This document shows positions 29,359 to 39,102 of a stretch of 64,000 bases of DNA, one piece after another. The translations under genes and the position numbers were made by a program. How positions within the stretch are numbered: position 1 is the stretch's first letter; the number at the start of each line of letters is the position of its first letter. Under the pieces are notes generated by a model. That model saw only the letters and a program-made list of their open reading frames with translations. It did not search any database and was not told the DNA's origin. The stretch comes from a candidate division FCPU426 bacterium (lineage in GTDB: Bacteria > Oederibacteriota > PGYV01 > Palsa-1178), in the NCBI GenBank assembly GCA_963840035.1, contig CAWIXE010000003.1:224001-288000 (forward strand), given 5' to 3'.

Positions 29359-29580
29359 CCTTAACCCTTATCCTCATCCTTAACCTTAGCACGTAGCATT
29401 TAAGGTCCAAGATCTAAGGGTAAGGTTGAGGATAAGGGTTAAGGGTTTATACGTAGAGAGGCGGCTTGCTGCCTCTCAGGGCGGTGTTGTAGCATTCCTT
29501 AACCCTTAATCCTTACCCTTATCCTTAGCCCGCAGCCGTAGTTCCAAGAGCTAAGGATAAGGATGAGGTAAGGGTTAAGG
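29359..29580. repeat. Two tandem hexamer (CCTTAN/TAAGGN) inverted-arm elements with a GTAG REP between them
   Basis: Elements at 29359-29444 and 29497-29580. REP GTAGAGAGGCGGCTTGCTGCCTCTC at 29453-29477. Confidence 0.88.
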
Positions 29581-29675
29581 GTTATAAAAGGCGCTTTTAA
29601 AAAAAGTTGACAAAGGTTTTTTTAGGTATATAATTACCACCCTGAAAACCAAACTATTTAATGAGGAGATTTACG

Positions 29676-31925
29676 ATGGATAAAAACAAGCTTTCAAACC
29701 CCGCCTTATCCGAAAACGCCCTTAAAGTACTTGAAAAGAGGTATTTCCTTAAAAACGACAAAGGCGAGTCAATAGAGGACGCAAAGGACCTTTTTATCAG
29801 GGTCGCAAAAAACATAGCTGAAGCCGATAAAAATTACGACAAAAAGGCCGACACTGACGCTGTTGCGGAGGAATTTTACAGCCTTATGGCAAACCTTGAT
29901 TTTCTTCCAAATTCGCCCACGTTGATGAATGCCGGCCGCGATTTACAGCAGCTGGCAGCATGCTTTGTACTGCCTGTGGAGGATTCCATAGAGGGGATAT
30001 TTGAGGCCATAAAGAACGCGGCGCTTATCCATAAGTCCGGCGGCGGGACAGGCTTCTCCTTCTCACGCTTGAGGCCCAACCGTGATAAGGTAAAGACCAC
30101 ATCAGGCATATCGTCAGGGCCGGTATCCTTCATGAAAGTTTTTAACTCCGCTACCGAGGCTGTAAAGCAGGGAGGCACGAGGCGCGGCGCGAATATGGGC
30201 ATACTGCGCGTCGACCATCCGGATATAAGGGAATTTATCACATGCAAGGCCGACGACAAGGAAATAAATAATTTCAACATATCGGTGGCGCTAACCGAGA
30301 AATTCATGGAAGCCGTTAAAAAAGGCGAGAAGTACAGCCTGATAAACCCGCGCGACAAGAAAGTCATAGCTGAAGAGGACGCGCGCGAGATATTTGATAT
30401 GATAGTGGAATACTCGTGGAAGAACGGCGACCCCGGCATAGTCTTTATTGACAGGATAAACAAGGAAAATCCGAACCCGAACATCGGCGAGATAGAGTCC
30501 ACAAACCCCTGCGGCGAGCAGCCGCTGCTTCCGTATGAGGCATGTAATTTAGGCTCCATAAACCTGGCGCAGATGGTGACGAAGGATAAGAAGGTCGACT
30601 ATAAAAAACTGGGGGCTGTCACGAACAAGGCGGTGCATTTCCTGGATAACGTCATAGACATGTCAAAGTACCCGCTTGATAAGATAACAGAGATGGTGCG
30701 CGGAAACAGGAAAGTGGGCCTGGGGATAATGGGCTGGGCGGACATGCTCGTTCAGATGGATATCTCATACTGCTCGCCTGAAGCAATCAAACTCGCCGAA
30801 GACGTCATGAGGTTCATACATGAAGAGGCGAAGGAAGCTTCGCTTAAGCTGGCTGAAAAACGCGGGACCTTCCCGAACTTTAAAGGTTCGACCCATGAGA
30901 AAAACAAACAGAAGTTAAGGAACGCGACTCTGACTACCATAGCCCCTACGGGCACGCTTTCAATGATAGCGGCATGTTCCTCCGGAGTGGAGCCTATGTT
31001 TGCCATAGCTTATACCAAGACGGTCATGGACAACACAAAGCTTCCCGAGGTAAATAAATACTTCCTTGACGCCGCGAGGAAGGGAGGGTTTTATACCGAC
31101 GCCCTTATAATGAAGATAGGCGAGACAGGCAATGTGTCGCATGACGACACCGTACCCGATTCCGTGAAAAAAGTATTTGTCACCAGCCATGATATCGCTC
31201 CGGAGTGGCACATAAGGATGCAGGCGGCTTTTCAGAAATACACCGACAACGCCGTGTCTAAGACCGTCAACTTCAATAACGAAGCCACGAAAAAGGATGT
31301 TGAAAAAGTTTACATGCTGGCTTATGAGATGGACTGCAAGGGAGTGACCATATACAGGGACGGATCGCGCGACGAGCAGGTCCTTACGGTTTCTACAACC
31401 GGCAAAAGCAAGGATGTAAAAGCGGCGGAACCCGAGCTGCATAAGCATGAAATAGAGCCCAGGAAGAGGCCGGATGTCACGTTTGGCAAGACCATAATGA
31501 TGAAGACCGGATGCGGAAAACTTTACGTGACTATAAATGAGGATGAGAACGGGTTGTGCGAGGTATTTACCGCCATGGGCAAGTCGGGCGGCTGTGCGGC
31601 AGCCCAGTCAGAAGCCATTTCAAGGCTGGTATCCACGGCACTCCGGGCCGGGGTAAAGCCTGAATCGATAATCAAACACCTGCGCGGCACAAGATGCCCT
31701 GCGCCCGCGTGGCAGGAGGGCGGTATCGTACTTTCATGCCCTGACGCCATAGGCATTGCAATGGAAAAATACTTACACGGGGACGCGGGGAACGGCGAGA
31801 AGTTCGTTTTTAAACAGGAAAAACAGACGTTTTTAGGCGAGACATGCCCGGAATGCGGAGCAACGCTGGAACACGAAGGCGGATGCAATGTGTGCAGGAT
31901 ATGCGGATACAGTAAGTGCCTGTAA
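29676..31925 (+). CDS. nrdJ: Adenosylcobalamin-dependent (class II) ribonucleotide reductase with C-terminal TSCPD/Zn-ribbon
   Basis: PNSPTLMNAG, ACFV, TNPCGEQ, TIAPTG, YRDGSR, SCPDAIG, CPECG..EGGCNVC. Confidence 0.93.
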   Translation: MDKNKLSNPALSENALKVLEKRYFLKNDKGESIEDAKDLFIRVAKNIAEADKNYDKKADTDAVAEEFYSLMANLDFLPNSPTLMNAGRDLQQLAACFVLPVEDSIEGIFEAIKNAALIHKSGGGTGFSFSRLRPNRDKVKTTSGISSGPVSFMKVFNSATEAVKQGGTRRGANMGILRVDHPDIREFITCKADDKEINNFNISVALTEKFMEAVKKGEKYSLINPRDKKVIAEEDAREIFDMIVEYSWKNGDPGIVFIDRINKENPNPNIGEIESTNPCGEQPLLPYEACNLGSINLAQMVTKDKKVDYKKLGAVTNKAVHFLDNVIDMSKYPLDKITEMVRGNRKVGLGIMGWADMLVQMDISYCSPEAIKLAEDVMRFIHEEAKEASLKLAEKRGTFPNFKGSTHEKNKQKLRNATLTTIAPTGTLSMIAACSSGVEPMFAIAYTKTVMDNTKLPEVNKYFLDAARKGGFYTDALIMKIGETGNVSHDDTVPDSVKKVFVTSHDIAPEWHIRMQAAFQKYTDNAVSKTVNFNNEATKKDVEKVYMLAYEMDCKGVTIYRDGSRDEQVLTVSTTGKSKDVKAAEPELHKHEIEPRKRPDVTFGKTIMMKTGCGKLYVTINEDENGLCEVFTAMGKSGGCAAAQSEAISRLVSTALRAGVKPESIIKHLRGTRCPAPAWQEGGIVLSCPDAIGIAMEKYLHGDAGNGEKFVFKQEKQTFLGETCPECGATLEHEGGCNVCRICGYSKCL

Positions 31926-32042
31926 TTTTCAATTCTAAATTTTCAATTTTCAATTAAATACAAAAGGCGGCTGAAAGGCCGCCTTTTTCATATGCAGGAG
32001 GGATGCCTTTAATTGAAAATATAAAATTGAAAATTGACAATT
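31924..32042. repeat. AATTTTC-family inverted-arm element enclosing the nrdJ terminator
   Basis: The left arm starts in the stop codon. Right arm AATTGAAAATATAAAATTGAAAATTGACAATT. Confidence 0.88.
31962..31988 (+). terminator. Intrinsic terminator after nrdJ
   Basis: AAAAGGCGGC-TGAAAG-GCCGCCTTTTT. Confidence 0.85.
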
Positions 32043-32102
32043 TGCATTAAAAACACGCAACTTTTATGATATAATTATGTCATATAAGGGTGGATAAATA
32101 CT

Positions 32103-32194
32103 GATTTTAAATTTTCAATTGTCGATTTTCAATTGAATTCAAGACGGGACGGTACTGCCTTTAATTGAAAATTGAAAATTTAGAATTGAAAATT
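32103..32194. repeat. AATTTTC-family inverted-arm element ending at an RBS
   Basis: GATTTTAAATTTTCAATTGTCGATTTTCAATT ... AATTGAAAATTGAAAATTTAGAATTGAAAATT, then GGAGG. Confidence 0.88.
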
Positions 32195-32203
32195 GGAGGT
32201 CTT

Positions 32204-32659
32204 ATGCTTGGATTCGACGATAAAAGCGACGGTGAGATTCATTTCGGGGCTGAAAAGCGGGAGTATCCGCGCGTACCTATGACTTGCCCGGTGCGTTACA
32301 GGGTGTTAAGCAAGGAAGAGGGCGATAAGGCCCTGGGCAAGTTCGCCGACCACTCAAAACTTCTGGATCAGTATGACGAGACCGAGACGGTTAATGTCTC
32401 CAAAAACGGAATTGCCATGTATACCAACGAAGAGATACCGGTTAAATCCCTTATGGCTGTTAATATGCATTTCTCAATCCCGGGGATAGCGGCCAACTGC
32501 AAGGCAATAGCCGAGGTAATACGCAGGATAAAAAGCGACAATGAAAAATATAAATACACCGTGGCGCTTAAGTTCGTTAAAATAACACACCATAACCTTA
32601 AAAACTACAAGTTTCTTGATTTGAAGAACCTGCTGGATGTTAATGATCCGATGGCGTAA
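32204..32659 (+). CDS. PilZ domain protein
   Basis: KREYPRV (RxxxR), NVSKNG. RBS GGAGG. Confidence 0.82.
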   Translation: MLGFDDKSDGEIHFGAEKREYPRVPMTCPVRYRVLSKEEGDKALGKFADHSKLLDQYDETETVNVSKNGIAMYTNEEIPVKSLMAVNMHFSIPGIAANCKAIAEVIRRIKSDNEKYKYTVALKFVKITHHNLKNYKFLDLKNLLDVNDPMA

Positions 32660-32855
32660 AGGCGGTCTCAGGTAAGGCGGTCTCAGATAAGGCGGTCTCA
32701 GATAAGGCGGTCTCAGGTAAGGCGGTCTCAGATAAGGCGGTCTCAGATAAGGCGGTCTCAGATAAGGCGGTCTCAGATAAGGCGGTCTCAGATAAGACGG
32801 TCTCAGATAAGACGGTTCACCTGAGACAATCCACCTGAGACGATCTACCTGAGAC
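32659..32855. repeat. Ten tandem 15-mers (AAGGCGGTCTCAGRT) followed by three inverted ACCTGAGAC units
   Basis: Direct units at 32659-32808 plus a partial unit. Inverted cores at 32819, 32833 and 32847 (14-bp period). Confidence 0.95.
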
Positions 32856-32896
32856 ATTAGACCAACAACACAAATTCTAAAGAAAACGAGGCCCTA

Positions 32897-33367
32897 ATGG
32901 CACCCGGCGACATGAAGGAAGAAAAACAGGAAGGCGAGCTTTTAATACCGCAGGAGCGCAGGGATTACCCGAGGATTGCCGTTAATGTAAAGGTGAAGTA
33001 CCGCATCCTGGAAAATGACGAGGCGGATAATGCGCTCGTCAAGCACTTTGACCCGGAAAAGATATTTATAACTTGCAGCACATGTGAGGTTGTAAATGTT
33101 TCAACTTCCGGTCTGTTAATGTATACGCAGGAAAATGTGCCCCAGAAAAGTTTTATGGCAGTGCATATGGTTCTTCCCATGCCGGGGCTGGCCTGTTCAT
33201 GCAAAGCCGTAGCTGAAGTCATAAGGTGTGATAAAGAAGGGGATAATAAATACTTAATAGCCCTGAAATTCCTTAAAGTTATACACCATAACCTGAATAA
33301 GTTCAAATTCATGTCATTAAATGACCTGCTTGAAATTAAGGGCGGGGAAGATATAAAGCTCGGGTAG
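32897..33367 (+). CDS. PilZ domain protein (paralog of 32204-32659)
   Basis: RRDYPRI, NVSTSG, shared CKA(I/V)AEVIR and HHNL motifs. Confidence 0.82.
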   Translation: MAPGDMKEEKQEGELLIPQERRDYPRIAVNVKVKYRILENDEADNALVKHFDPEKIFITCSTCEVVNVSTSGLLMYTQENVPQKSFMAVHMVLPMPGLACSCKAVAEVIRCDKEGDNKYLIALKFLKVIHHNLNKFKFMSLNDLLEIKGGEDIKLG

Positions 33368-33370
33368 TTC

Positions 33371-33402
33371 AATTTTGGATTCTAGATTTAGAATCCAGAA
33401 TT
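33371..33402. repeat. Compact heptamer palindrome (GATTCTA family)
   Basis: AATTTTGGATTCTAGATTTAGAATCCAGAATT. Confidence 0.7.
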
Positions 33403-33493
33403 CGTTTTATTCTTGATTTTTACCCCCCAATATGTTATATTTATCAAAGTTAAGATATACCAGAGACACTGACTAGAGCATGGTGAAAACGCT

Positions 33494-33521
33494 AAGCGGG
33501 GCAGTACAGTCTCCGCTTTTT
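33494..33521 (+). promoter_or_regulatory. Leader hairpin/attenuator upstream of the rimP-nusA-infB operon
   Basis: AAGCGGGG-CAGTACAGT-CTCCGCTT-TTT. The position matches rimP leader terminators. Confidence 0.55.
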
Positions 33522-33549
33522 GAATTTTATGGGCACAAACAGGAGAAAT

Positions 33550-34065
33550 ATGGCTGATTTGCACGAATTACTGAATAAAATAGAGTCTGTAATTGCGCCC
33601 GTGATACAGGCAAATAACCTTGAGCTTGTGGATGTTGAGGTTGCGGGGGCAAATTACCTGAGAATCAGGGTCGGAAAACCGGATTCCATGATAACACTGG
33701 ATGAGTGCGCCGACATAAGCAGGAAGATAGAAGAAGCGCTGGATATGTCGGAGGCCATCGCTGATAAATATATTTTAGAGGTTTCATCACCCGGGATAAA
33801 CCGGCCGCTTAAGAAAGCCGAAGATTTTATCAGGTTCACGGGCAGGCAGGTAAAGGTAATTACCAGGGAAAAAATAAATGACACGCACTTGATTACAGGA
33901 ATCCTTGAAGGCATAAGGGACGGAAAAGTCCTGGTTAAGTCAGGCGACACAGTGACAGAAGTGCCACTTGAGATCATTAAGAAGGCACACATAGATGAAG
34001 AGGATTTGTTTTTAAAAAACACCCCGCCGGTAAATGGCGGGCCCAGAGGAGAACAACATGAGTAA
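33550..34065 (+). CDS. rimP: Ribosome maturation factor RimP
   Basis: LDECADISR, YILEVSSPGINRPL. RBS AGGAG. Confidence 0.95.
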   Translation: MADLHELLNKIESVIAPVIQANNLELVDVEVAGANYLRIRVGKPDSMITLDECADISRKIEEALDMSEAIADKYILEVSSPGINRPLKKAEDFIRFTGRQVKVITREKINDTHLITGILEGIRDGKVLVKSGDTVTEVPLEIIKKAHIDEEDLFLKNTPPVNGGPRGEQHE

Positions 34066-35332
34066 CGAAATTTTAGCTATTTTTCAGCAGGTTGAAAAGT
34101 TAAAGAACATTCCGGAAGGGGATCTTATAAAAGCTTTCGAGCGCGGCATTACATCCGCGGCGAGGAAGGTATATGGGGGCCATCCCGAGATCAGGGTGGA
34201 TTTAAACGGCGGCGAGGTAAAGTTTTACTGGAAAAAGGCCGTAGTCGAGGAAGTCTCGAACGAATACGTGGAAATAAACGTGGCTGACGCTCAGAAGATA
34301 AAGGAAGAAGCGAAGCTGGGAGACATAATGGAAGTGCTCTTTTACCCTAAAGAATTTGGAAGGATAGCCGCGCAGACCACAAAGCAGGTTATCACGCAGA
34401 AAATAAGGGAAGTGGAAAAAGAGCAGATTTTCCAGGAGTATAAGGATAAAGAAGGAACCATCATAACCGGCGTAGTGCACGCGGTCGAGAACGGCAACCT
34501 TGTAATTGATATGGGGCTGGTCGAAGGCATACTGCGCGAAAAAGAGATGGTCCCGAAGGAAGAGTACAGGATAGGCGAGAGGATGAGGGCTTACGTTTTA
34601 AAGACAAACAGGGGCAAGGAAGGCGCGCGGCTTGAGCTCTCCAGGACGCACCCGAATTTCATAAAAGAAATATTCGGCATGGAAGTCACGGAAGTGGACC
34701 AGGGCGTTGTGGAAATAAAATACGTGGCGCGCGAACCGGGCGTTAAAACCAAGGTTGTAGTGGCGTCAAACGATTCGCACGTGGACCCTGTGGGAGCGTG
34801 CATAGGCGTTAAGGGAAGCAGAATACAGACTATAATCAGGGAACTCCACGGTGAGAAAGTGGACGTGGTGCTCTACAGCGATGACATAAAGAAATATCTG
34901 GCAAGCGCCATAGCGCCTATAGAGATAAAGGACATATATATTGACGAACCGAACAAGTACACCATAATTGCCGTGCCTGACGAGCAGTTCTCCCAGGTAA
35001 TCGGCAAGAACGGCGTTAACATGAGGCTTGTCGCGAAGATAACAAAGTGGAAGGTATCGGTTTTGCGCGCGTCGGAATTTCTGCCGGAGCGCCTTGATTC
35101 CATGAAGCATAATTTCAGCGAACAGGTGGAATATGACCTGTTTAAACTGAACACGGACCTGGAAGTAAAGGTACTCAAGGAGATAAAAGCCGCGGGCGTA
35201 AAAAACCTCAAGGATTTTGTGGCCGCGGACGACAAGCTTCTGCGCGAGGTTATCGGCGCTGACGAGAAAAAAATAAAAGAGCTCAAAGCCAAGGCCGAGG
35301 CGTTCATCAGGCACGGAGAGGAAAAAGAATAA
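34058..35332 (+). CDS. nusA: Transcription termination/antitermination factor NusA
   Basis: FGRIAAQTTKQVI, AREPG, DPVGACIGVKGSRI, IGKNGVN. Confidence 0.97.
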   Translation: MSNEILAIFQQVEKLKNIPEGDLIKAFERGITSAARKVYGGHPEIRVDLNGGEVKFYWKKAVVEEVSNEYVEINVADAQKIKEEAKLGDIMEVLFYPKEFGRIAAQTTKQVITQKIREVEKEQIFQEYKDKEGTIITGVVHAVENGNLVIDMGLVEGILREKEMVPKEEYRIGERMRAYVLKTNRGKEGARLELSRTHPNFIKEIFGMEVTEVDQGVVEIKYVAREPGVKTKVVVASNDSHVDPVGACIGVKGSRIQTIIRELHGEKVDVVLYSDDIKKYLASAIAPIEIKDIYIDEPNKYTIIAVPDEQFSQVIGKNGVNMRLVAKITKWKVSVLRASEFLPERLDSMKHNFSEQVEYDLFKLNTDLEVKVLKEIKAAGVKNLKDFVAADDKLLREVIGADEKKIKELKAKAEAFIRHGEEKE

Positions 35333-37546
35333 ATGAGAATACACGAAGCTGCGAAAAAACTCAACATTGACTCAAAGATACTGATTGACTCCCTGAAAAA
35401 ACACGGGGTTGACGCAAAAAGCCACATGAGCGCAATTACGGACGACGATTACGCCAGGCTTGAGGCTGAATTTTCAGGAAAGGGAGCGGCAACAGCGCCT
35501 TCTGAAAAACATGAAGAAAAGAAGCACGAAGTAAAGCATGAGCCCAAACACGAAGTTAAGCACGAGGTAAAGGCAGAAGTAAAGCACGAGCCAAAGCACG
35601 AAGTAAAGCACGAAGTTAAAAAAGAAGAGGCAAAACCAGCCCCTGTGCCTGTTGTTCCGGCCGCTGTAAAGCCCGCGCCGCAGCCCGTGCAGCCGGCTCC
35701 GCAGCCGGTAAAAGCCGCGCAGCCTGCCGCGCCCGAGCCTGTTGCCGTGAAACCGCAGCCTGAGCCTGTTGTTCCTCCGGCAGCGCCGAAGGAAGTAATA
35801 GAGATAGGCCGCAGCGTAACCGTGACTGAGCTGGCGAAAAAGCTTGAGATAAAACCCACAGAACTAATTAAGAAATTATTTTCCCTCGGAATGATGGCGA
35901 CCATGAACCAGACGTTAAACGAGGAGGAGATACACATAGTCGTTAATGAACTTGGAAAGGAAGTCGTATTCAAGGACGTTTATGGAGAGGACATATTTGA
36001 GGAAGAACCGGACAAACCCGAGGACTTAAAACCGAGAGCCCCGATAGTTACCATAATGGGCCACGTCGACCACGGAAAGACATCGCTGCTGGATGCCATA
36101 CGCGAATCAAACGTGGCGGCCGGGGAAAAAGGCGGAATCACGCAGAAGATAGGCGCTTATAAAGTCGCGACCACCCACGGAGAGGTAGTATTCCTCGATA
36201 CTCCGGGCCATGAGGCTTTTACAGCTATGAGGGCAAGGGGCGCCAAATCAACGGATATAGTAGTGCTTATAGTGGCGGCTGACGACGGCATAATGCCGCA
36301 GACAGTCGAAGCCATAGACCACGCGAAAGCGGCCGGCGCGCCGATAATTGTGGCTATCAATAAAATAGACAAAGAAGGGTCAAACCCGGAAAAGATAAAA
36401 CAGGAACTTACAAAATATAACCTCGTATCCGAGGCATGGGGCGGCAAGACGCAGATCGTACCCATATCCGCCAAAAAAAGGCTCGGTATCAGCGAACTCC
36501 TGGAAGCCATCCTGCTCGAAGCGGAAATGCTTGAGCTTAAGACAAACCCTGACGCGGTGCCGTTCGGAGTCATCATCGAAGGCAAGCTTGATAAAGGCCG
36601 CGGGCCCGTGGGGACCATGCTCCTTCAGAAAGGCACCCTTAAAGTAGGCGACCCGTTCCTGACAAATTTTACTTACGGCAAGGTCAGGGCGCTTTATGAC
36701 GATAAGGGCCACCGCATAAAAGAGGCAAAGGCTGTCATGCCCGTCGAGATAGTCGGCTTTGAGGACGTGCCAAACGCTGGCGATAAGGTAAAAGTTTTCT
36801 ACAATGAAAAAGAGATGAAACAGATAGCTTTAAAACGTTCGAGCGAAGTAAGGCGCTACGCCGAGGAAAAGAAGAAAAAGAAAATGACCCTCGAGGACCT
36901 GCATAAAAAGATCGAACTTGGGCTTGAAAAGAAGCTCAACCTGATCATCAAAGGCGACGGCATAGGTTCCATAGAAGCCATTGTTGATTCCATTTCAAGG
37001 ATATCCACCGAGTCTAATATAAGCGCCCAGGTAATACACAGGGACGTGGGAGACATAACGGAGAACGATGTGCTATTAGCGGACGCTTCAAACGCGGTTA
37101 TAATCGGGTTCTTCGTATCGACCCTGCCCGCGGCAAAGGAACTCGCTTATAAGGAAGGCGTTGAAATAAAGATATACCACATCATTTATGAGGTTGTTGA
37201 CGCTATAAAAGCCGCCATGGCAGGGCTTCTTGAGCCGGAATATGAGAATATTAAAATCGGCGAAGCAGAGGTCAGGCAGCTGTTTAAGGTGGAAAGCGAG
37301 AACATGACCATCGCGGGTTCGTACATGAGGAGCGGAAAGGCTTATCATGACTCGCCGGTATCCGTCATCCGCGGCGGGCACGAGTTCCTGGCATCCAAGG
37401 TAAATTCGCTGCGCAGGTTCAAGGATAATGTAAAGGAAGTTAAGGAAGGTTTTGAGTGCGGAGTGGTAATAGAAGGCTATAAGGAGCCGCGCGAAGGCGA
37501 TTCGATAATATTCTTTGAGGAAGTTCAGAAGGTAAGGAAAATATAA
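35333..37546 (+). CDS. infB: Translation initiation factor IF-2
   Basis: [30 protein letters not shown]. Confidence 0.98.
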   Translation: MRIHEAAKKLNIDSKILIDSLKKHGVDAKSHMSAITDDDYARLEAEFSGKGAATAPSEKHEEKKHEVKHEPKHEVKHEVKAEVKHEPKHEVKHEVKKEEAKPAPVPVVPAAVKPAPQPVQPAPQPVKAAQPAAPEPVAVKPQPEPVVPPAAPKEVIEIGRSVTVTELAKKLEIKPTELIKKLFSLGMMATMNQTLNEEEIHIVVNELGKEVVFKDVYGEDIFEEEPDKPEDLKPRAPIVTIMGHVDHGKTSLLDAIRESNVAAGEKGGITQKIGAYKVATTHGEVVFLDTPGHEAFTAMRARGAKSTDIVVLIVAADDGIMPQTVEAIDHAKAAGAPIIVAINKIDKEGSNPEKIKQELTKYNLVSEAWGGKTQIVPISAKKRLGISELLEAILLEAEMLELKTNPDAVPFGVIIEGKLDKGRGPVGTMLLQKGTLKVGDPFLTNFTYGKVRALYDDKGHRIKEAKAVMPVEIVGFEDVPNAGDKVKVFYNEKEMKQIALKRSSEVRRYAEEKKKKKMTLEDLHKKIELGLEKKLNLIIKGDGIGSIEAIVDSISRISTESNISAQVIHRDVGDITENDVLLADASNAVIIGFFVSTLPAAKELAYKEGVEIKIYHIIYEVVDAIKAAMAGLLEPEYENIKIGEAEVRQLFKVESENMTIAGSYMRSGKAYHDSPVSVIRGGHEFLASKVNSLRRFKDNVKEVKEGFECGVVIEGYKEPREGDSIIFFEEVQKVRKI

Positions 37547-37744
37547 TTTTCAATTTTATATTTTGAATTTTCAATTAAAGGCGGAAAAAACCGGTAGCCG
37601 CACCCCCATATGTCCGTCATAGCTTAGCGAAGACGGATTCGCTTCACCGGGGTGCGTTACGCGGGATTGCAAGTGTTATATGATTTAGAACCACACCCTT
37701 AGGGCAGTCCGCAATTTGGGACTTGTGATTTGGGATTTGTGATT
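37545..37744. repeat. Composite intergenic element: AATTTTC arm + nested REPs + GATTTGN arm
   Basis: Arm at 37545-37576. GTAGCCGCACCCC...GGGGTGCG at 37594-37656 contains TCCGTCATAGCTTAGCGAAGACGGA. Second arm at 37713-37744. Confidence 0.75.
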
Positions 37745-37757
37745 ATAGGCGGTTCAA

Positions 37758-38129
37758 ATGAAGAAACTGCGTCAACTTAAAGTGGAAAGCCTGCTTAAAC
37801 GCGAGATTGCCACGTTAATACTTATGGAAGTTAAGAACCCCAAGGTGAAGTTTGTGACCGTTACCGGGGTGAGCCTTTCGCATGACTTGAAGATAGCAAA
37901 TGTTTTTGTATCAGTCATGGGTGACGATGAAACAAAGAAAAAAGCGATCAAAGGGCTTAAAGACACCTCGAAATTCCTGCGCCACCGCATCGGGGAGAAC
38001 ATAGACTTAAGGTACAATCCTGAGATAAAATTCGAGCTTGATAATTCCATTGACGAGCACGCGAGGGTGGATATGCTTCTGCAGAAGATAGAGGATGAAA
38101 AAAAGGCGGGTGAAAAACAGGATGAATGA
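37758..38129 (+). CDS. rbfA: Ribosome-binding factor A
   Basis: VTVTGVSLSHDLKIANVFVS, LRYNPEIKFELD. Confidence 0.95.
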   Translation: MKKLRQLKVESLLKREIATLILMEVKNPKVKFVTVTGVSLSHDLKIANVFVSVMGDDETKKKAIKGLKDTSKFLRHRIGENIDLRYNPEIKFELDNSIDEHARVDMLLQKIEDEKKAGEKQDE

Positions 38130-39102
38130 AGAAAGAATGCAGGTGGAAAAGCTTGCTGAAATGATTAAGGCTTCAAAAAAGATTCTTTTATCGACGCACA
38201 TAAATCCGGACGGCGACGGCATAGGCTCCGGGCTGGCCCTTATAAATAAACTCGTAAAAATGGGCAAGAAAGTGGATTTTATAAACCGCGACCCGCTTCC
38301 TTCCATATATAACTTCCTTCCGGGAAGCGAAAAGGTTCAGCAGGCAAAAAAAGTCACAGGCCGGTACGACCTGGCCATAGTGCTTGAGTGCCCCGAACTC
38401 GAGAGGAACGGCGGCATCATAGATTACGCGGCACAGGTAAAGTTCACCGTAAACATAGACCACCACCTCGGCAACACCATGTATGGCGATTTAAATATCG
38501 TCGACCCAAAGGCTTCGGCAGTGGGCGAGCAGCTTTACAGGATTATGAGGGAATTAAAGTGGGAGATAGATAAGGACGTTGCGACTTGCATATACACATC
38601 CATCGCGACGGACACCGGTTCTTTCAGGTACTCCAACACATCGCCTGACGTGCACATAATAGCCTCTGAACTTTTAAAGGAAGGCGCTGACCCGGAATAT
38701 ATTTCATCCGAGGTGTACGCGACTTCAGAAGCCGCGGTAAAGCTTTTAAACCTCACGCTATCAAAGATGAAGGTGGAAGGCAGGATAGGTTACAGCTACC
38801 TTTCAAAAGCCATGTTTAAGGCCACCGGAGCGCAGGAGTCCGAGACGGACGGTTATATTAATAACATCAGGTCAATCAGGACAGTGGAAATAGCAATGCT
38901 TTTTAAGGAATTAAATAAGAACGCTGTAAAGGTGTCATTCAGGTCCAAAAACGGGGCCGATGTGAATTTTATAGCCCGCAAGTTTAAAGGCGGCGGACAC
39001 AAGCACGCGGCAGGGGCGGTCATAAATTACCCGCTGGCCAAGTCCATAAAGCTGGTATTATCCGAAGTCAGAAAATATTACAGGCTTAGAAAGGCAAAAT
39101 GA
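38122..39102 (+). CDS. nrnA: DHH/DHHA1 oligoribonuclease/PAP phosphatase
   Basis: HINPDGDGIGS, NIDHH, TDTGSF, GGGHKHAAG. Confidence 0.9.
   Translation: MNEERMQVEKLAEMIKASKKILLSTHINPDGDGIGSGLALINKLVKMGKKVDFINRDPLPSIYNFLPGSEKVQQAKKVTGRYDLAIVLECPELERNGGIIDYAAQVKFTVNIDHHLGNTMYGDLNIVDPKASAVGEQLYRIMRELKWEIDKDVATCIYTSIATDTGSFRYSNTSPDVHIIASELLKEGADPEYISSEVYATSEAAVKLLNLTLSKMKVEGRIGYSYLSKAMFKATGAQESETDGYINNIRSIRTVEIAMLFKELNKNAVKVSFRSKNGADVNFIARKFKGGGHKHAAGAVINYPLAKSIKLVLSEVRKYYRLRKAK

Noticed and set aside
29290..29660. Cobalamin riboswitch upstream of nrdJ
   Set aside because: No B12-box recognisable; the region is filled by repeat elements.
32165..32203. N-terminal extension MKIENLELKIGGL of the PilZ gene
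   Set aside because: Encoded by the AATTGAA repeat arm and the RBS; the real start is probably 32204. The same applies to the TauE extension 28401-28448.
32659..32816. Possible CRISPR array
   Set aside because: The units are contiguous 15-mers with no unique spacers, and no cas genes are in the window.
32474..32857. Minus-strand ORF with (RPPYL)n
   Set aside because: Translation of the tandem repeat, antisense to a PilZ gene.
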